From assembly GCA_963847445.1 (NCBI GenBank), contig CAWJZV010000026.1, forward strand, positions 64,001 to 128,000: 64,000 nucleotides of DNA, in the 5' to 3' direction. The DNA is from an uncultured delta proteobacterium. GTDB lineage: Bacteria; Desulfobacterota; Binatia; UBA9968. The notes below the pieces were generated by a model that was not told the origin of the DNA, searched no databases, and saw only the letters and a list, made by a program, of their open reading frames with translations. The translations under genes were made by a program, and so were the position numbers. How positions within the stretch are numbered: the first letter of the stretch is position 1; each line of letters opens with the position of its first letter. Shown one piece after another: positions 60,055 to 64,000 of this stretch.

Positions 60055-60055
60055 G

Positions 60056-60512
60056 CTAGATTCCTAAAATTCCGCCGGGCAGCGGCACGCCCAGGAGCCA
60101 GGCAAATAAGCCGTAAGAAAGGAGCGAAGTGACCAGGGCAACAATCAACACTTTCGGCCAGCGCGGCGCTTCGATGGCGCGCAGGAGCAACACCATGAGA
60201 ATAAAAGTCGCGAGCAAGAAGCCCACGCGCTCCAACACCAGGGCGAAGCCAAGCATGCTCGCCAGGATTACACAGATGCGGAACCAACCTTCGCTGGCGA
60301 TCTTGCCCGGAGCGATTGCGCTTTCGCGCTGTCGCAATGCCCGCAGCAGCTCGATCAGTGTGAGCAGCACCAAAAGGAAGCCGAGGACTCGTGGGTAAAA
60401 GCCAGTCTGGGGCACGCGGAATGCTGCCGATACGAAGCTTGGTCGACTCAAACAAGACATAGGCGGCCAGAACGGCGAGCGCCGCCGCGGCGGTGATCTC
60501 GAATCGTTTCAT
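60056..60512 (-). CDS. tctB: Tripartite tricarboxylate transporter small permease (+1 frameshift near 60419)
   Basis: P..GFYP, LERVGF, LFAWLLGVPLP; directly upstream of tctA. Confidence 0.9.
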
Positions 60513-60780
60513 CCTGCATTCTGCAGCTGCCCACCAGCAAAGCGCCAGCGAGGTGCAAACCTGGAGTTGTGAAGACACCCGGAAGTGCAATTACATCGTC
60601 TAATTCGCATTGGCCAAGCCGCTGCGTTGGATTCGCAGCGATTTCGCGCAGCACCAACGATCGCCAGCCACTTAGAGGCAGGCATCATGGTCTTCACGAC
60701 GGCAGGAGAGCACCTCGCTGGCAGCCTCAATTTCAACGGCGGAATCCGGGATCCTGCTAAGTGCATCGACTCGAAACAAA

Positions 60781-61741
60781 CTATTGGGAAATTTTCGCGG
60801 CGCGCGCCACTTCGCCCCACTTGCGCTCTTCTTCAGCGAGGAACTTGGCGAACTCGGCGGGGCCGAGGTTTTCGATCAAAGCTTGGGCTTTTTCGATGTT
60901 GGCGCTGGCTTCGGGGTCTTTCAAGCTATCGCTAATCGCCGCGGCGAGTCGCTTAACCGCCGCCGGCGGCGTCTTGGCCGGCGCGAAGAAGCCCACCCAA
61001 ACTTTTAGATTGAGTTCCGGATGGCCCTTCTCGACGGTGGTGGGGATGTTGGGAAAGTCTTTGAGGCGGCGATTGGACGCCACCGCCAGCGCGCGCAGCG
61101 TGCCGGCTTCGACATGGCTGCGCGTCGTGCCCAAGGTGAGAAAGCCGACGTTCACATGACCGCCCAATACCGCGGTGGCCGCCGCCGACTCGGAACCGAG
61201 CGGCACATGGGTCATGTCGATGCCGGTCTTGAGCTTCACCAGTTCGCCAATGAAATGCGGCGTCGTGCCCGGACCGGCTGAACCGTAGGTGAGTTGTCCG
61301 GGGTTTTTCTTAGCATCGGCCGATGAACTCTTCGAAACTCTTCCACGGCGCGTCGGCTTTGACCACCGTCGTGTTCGGGCTGCTGGTGGCCAGCGCCAGC
61401 GGCGTAAAGTCTTTCAAGGTAAAGCCGGAATTCTTGTTGACGATCGGGATCAGCGCGATTGGCGGCGGCGTGACCAGGATCGTGTAGCCATCCGGCGCCG
61501 CATCCTTCGCAGCTTGAATGCCCACCGCGCCACCACCGCCGGCTTTATTGACGATCACCACCTGCTGCCCCAACGCCGCCGACATCTTCGGCGCGAGAAT
61601 ACGCGCGACGATATCGGTCACCGCGCCGGGAGGAAATGGATTGATGATCTGAATCGTCTTGGTCGGGTACTGCGCCTGTGCCGCCGGCACAGCGAACATA
61701 ACCGCCGCTAAGGCGATCATTTTCAATTCAAGCTTTATCAC
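60781..61741 (-). CDS. tctC: Tripartite tricarboxylate transporter substrate-binding protein (Bug family; +1 frameshift near 61319)
   Basis: YPTKTI..PFPPG..D..AR, NKAGGGG, APDGYT, AVLGGHV, PAKTP. Confidence 0.93.
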
Positions 61742-61855
61742 GATGCCTCTCCTTGGTAGACCTTTGTTTGCTTGCTTGCTTCTGAGCCGCATTCCCTGCT
61801 AACAGAATCGCCGGGGAAGTGTCAATCTTCGTCGTGGCAAATGTCTTGGCAAACC

Positions 61856-61884
61856 TTGACAGTATCGGTGGGGTTGCCTAGAAC
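61856..61884 (+). promoter_or_regulatory. Putative sigma70 promoter for comDE-like genes
   Basis: TTGACA-N17-TAGAAC; a divergent TTGACA lies at 61825-61820. Confidence 0.5.
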
Positions 61885-61904
61885 CGACCAGAGGTTAATC
61901 GCAT

Positions 61905-62399
61905 ATGGGAACCATCGCTGGAGCGCAGAATATCTTAGCCGGCCTCAAAGGCGCGGGCATCGATCTGGTCGCGAGCGTGCCGGACATCAACATGCTCCAA
62001 CTGCTCAATCTGCTCTACGAAGATAAAGAGATCGCCCATGTGCCGGTGGGACGCGAGGAAGAAGGCATCGGTGTCTGCACCGGCGCCCATCTCGCCGGCA
62101 AATTTCCCGCCATGCTGATGCAGAACGGCGGCCTGCTCAACAGCGCCAACGGACTGACCACGACCGCGCTGCAGTTCGGCATTCCGGTTGTCCTGTTGAT
62201 CTACTACGCCGGCGATATCGGCGACAACGCTTTCCACATGGTCGGTTTGGTCACCGAACCCGTGCTCCAGGGACTCGGCATCAAATATATTGTCATGCGC
62301 GACCCGGCCAAAGTGAAGCAGGAGATCGCCGGGGCGGTCACCTTGGCGAATTCTTCCAAACGGCCGGTGGCGCTATTGCTAACCCGCGCCGTGCTGTAA
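61905..62399 (+). CDS. comD: Sulfopyruvate/phosphonopyruvate decarboxylase alpha-like subunit
   Basis: SVPD, REEEGIGVCTGA, LMQNGGLLN..N, RPVALLL. Confidence 0.8.
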   Translation: MGTIAGAQNILAGLKGAGIDLVASVPDINMLQLLNLLYEDKEIAHVPVGREEEGIGVCTGAHLAGKFPAMLMQNGGLLNSANGLTTTALQFGIPVVLLIYYAGDIGDNAFHMVGLVTEPVLQGLGIKYIVMRDPAKVKQEIAGAVTLANSSKRPVALLLTRAVL

Positions 62400-62411
62400 G
62401 CGAGGTCCACC

Positions 62412-63026
62412 ATGAAACGCTTTGAATGCCTGCAAGCGATCGCGCCGTTGATTAGCAACGAACTGTTCGTCACCACCGCCGGCGGCGCCACCAACGAATG
62501 GAACGCCGTGCGCCCGAGCGACGGCAATATCCAAGTCAAAACCTTGGGACTTTGCTCTTCCATCGGCCTCGGTCTCGCCATCGGCTTACCCAAACGCAAA
62601 GTCTTCGTCTTCGACGGCGACGGTGCCTTGTGGATGAACTTGGGCTCGCTGGCGACCATCGGCCTGCACCAGCCGAAAAATCTGATTCACATCTGCTGGG
62701 ACAACAAACAGTATGAGTCGTCGGGTGGCGAACCGACAGCGGCCAGCGCCGGCAACGTCGATTTCGCCGGCATCGCGCGCAGCGCCGGTATCAAAAGTTC
62801 ACGCGCCGTGAATACCGTTGAAGAATTAACAGACGCGGTGAGTCACGCTCTCAAAAACGCCGGCCCGCATTTCATCGCCGCCAATATCGAAGCCGGCCGC
62901 ACCGAATCACCGCCGCTCAAGTACGACGAGCTGGAAAACAAGTACCACTTTATCCGCTACGTCGAAGACACCGAAGGCGTGACTATCCTGCGTCTGCCGC
63001 AGTCGGCGAGTTATTTGCTGAAATAA
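62412..63026 (+). CDS. comE: Sulfopyruvate/phosphonopyruvate decarboxylase beta-like subunit (TPP binding)
   Basis: SSIGLGLA, DGDGALWMNLGSL, DN..YESSG. Confidence 0.8.
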   Translation: MKRFECLQAIAPLISNELFVTTAGGATNEWNAVRPSDGNIQVKTLGLCSSIGLGLAIGLPKRKVFVFDGDGALWMNLGSLATIGLHQPKNLIHICWDNKQYESSGGEPTAASAGNVDFAGIARSAGIKSSRAVNTVEELTDAVSHALKNAGPHFIAANIEAGRTESPPLKYDELENKYHFIRYVEDTEGVTILRLPQSASYLLK

Positions 63027-63186
63027 TTATCTTATATCGAAAGCGCGCACCGGCTTAAGGAGGAATTTGACAAGAGCGGCTGCACCGACAGCCTGTACGA
63101 CCGGAAAAAGTAGCGCTCGGCAGTAATCTGCAATGAGTGATTGATGAGTGAATCGCCAGCATTCCCCTCAGGACTCAACGCTGCCG

Positions 63187-64000
63187 CTAATCCTTGAGCC
63201 GAATGCCAACCTTGGACAGCCGATGTTTCCACACACCGCGCCGCTCAATGCCTTGCCAGACTTCAATTTCATGGCGCGCCAACTGGGTCTTCTTATCTTT
63301 CAACTCGGTCATGAGATTTTGAATCAGGTTGTCGCGCGCCTTCAACAGCTCCTCGCGTTCACTGAGTAAGGTATCTAAACCGCCGGCATCGCCATTCGCA
63401 GCATAATCTTCGTCGTCGGTTGGAATCACCGCCGGCAATTGCGGCCCACTGGCACGCGCTTCTTCGAGCAGCCTTTCGGTCCTGAGCTTTGCCGCCTCGG
63501 TTTCGTGCAGTTTCTCATGCAGAGAAGCAATTTGCTCTCGCAACGTTGCCATCTCGGCGCCGCCGCTTTCGACCAGCTTATCTTTTTCCGCGAGCTGGCG
63601 GCCCAGGTACTCGAGCTTGCTCGTTAAGCGTTCCTCGACGTCGTCGACGGAGGACTCCTTGGCCTCTAATAGGGCGGTCTTTTCTCTGAGCTCCTCTTGC
63701 AGCGCACGGTCGCTGCGCTCCTTTTCAGAAGCCAAGGAGCTAAATCGTTCTGACATCTCACGCACCTTGTTCAACAGCGCGTCGATTTCGCCTTCGCGGG
63801 TCGTCATTAGGTTTTGTTGTTCGCTCAACCTGTCTTCGAGCGCTTGGATCTGGCCTTTGAGCTGGATTTCAACTTTCTTAAGAGCAGCGTCCTTGGTTTG
63901 GAGCGCTTGATTGCGCAGGCGCAGTTCTTGGTCGAGCTGGCGCACCGACTCTTCTTTGGTATTGCTCAATAGGTCGACTTGCCCGGTCAGTTCTCTTAGC
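63187..64000 (-). CDS. Long coiled-coil protein, 3' part only
   Basis: Frame open to window edge; E/K/L/Q-rich heptads; basic tryptophan-containing C-terminal tail. Confidence 0.85.
   Translation of the reverse strand, partial: LRELTGQVDLLSNTKEESVRQLDQELRLRNQALQTKDAALKKVEIQLKGQIQALEDRLSEQQNLMTTREGEIDALLNKVREMSERFSSLASEKERSDRALQEELREKTALLEAKESSVDDVEERLTSKLEYLGRQLAEKDKLVESGGAEMATLREQIASLHEKLHETEAAKLRTERLLEEARASGPQLPAVIPTDDEDYAANGDAGGLDTLLSEREELLKARDNLIQNLMTELKDKKTQLARHEIEVWQGIERRGVWKHRLSKVGIRLKD

Noticed and set aside
60513-60780. Small gene or RNA between tctC and tctB
   Set aside because: No convincing ORF, RBS, repeat or recognisable RNA motif by eye
1-64000. Many long antisense or alternate-frame ORFs; programmed frameshifting; tRNA, rRNA, riboswitches
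   Set aside because: Shadow ORFs are expected at high GC; shift sites share no slippery motif; no structured RNA family recognised, though an Rfam scan was not possible

Overview
High-GC bacterial chromosomal window. The gene mix and repeat style suggest a Candidatus Binatia / Deltaproteobacteria-type MAG; this is inference only. It is dominated by small-molecule scavenging genes: 14 NMT1/SsuA-like substrate-binding proteins but only one complete NitT/TauT ABC transporter, three amidohydrolase_2 enzymes, four single-domain MetE-like Zn thiol-alkyltransferase paralogs, and a lone molybdopterin large subunit. Also present are a CocE/NonD hydrolase, FAD monooxygenase, EmrAB-type efflux pair, TctCBA divergent from a ComDE-like decarboxylase, and a RAYT transposase inside six REPs. 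About 28 frameshifts are all repaired by deleting single bases, which points to long-read insertion error rather than pseudogenes. I saw no rRNA, tRNA or CRISPR array. The most unusual signal is non-coding. Many intergenic gaps hold palindromic or short-period repeat elements from several unrelated families, often nested and often starting right after a stop codon. Most of them share a TCGGA pentamer that is usually oriented with transcription and often lies in the hairpin loop.
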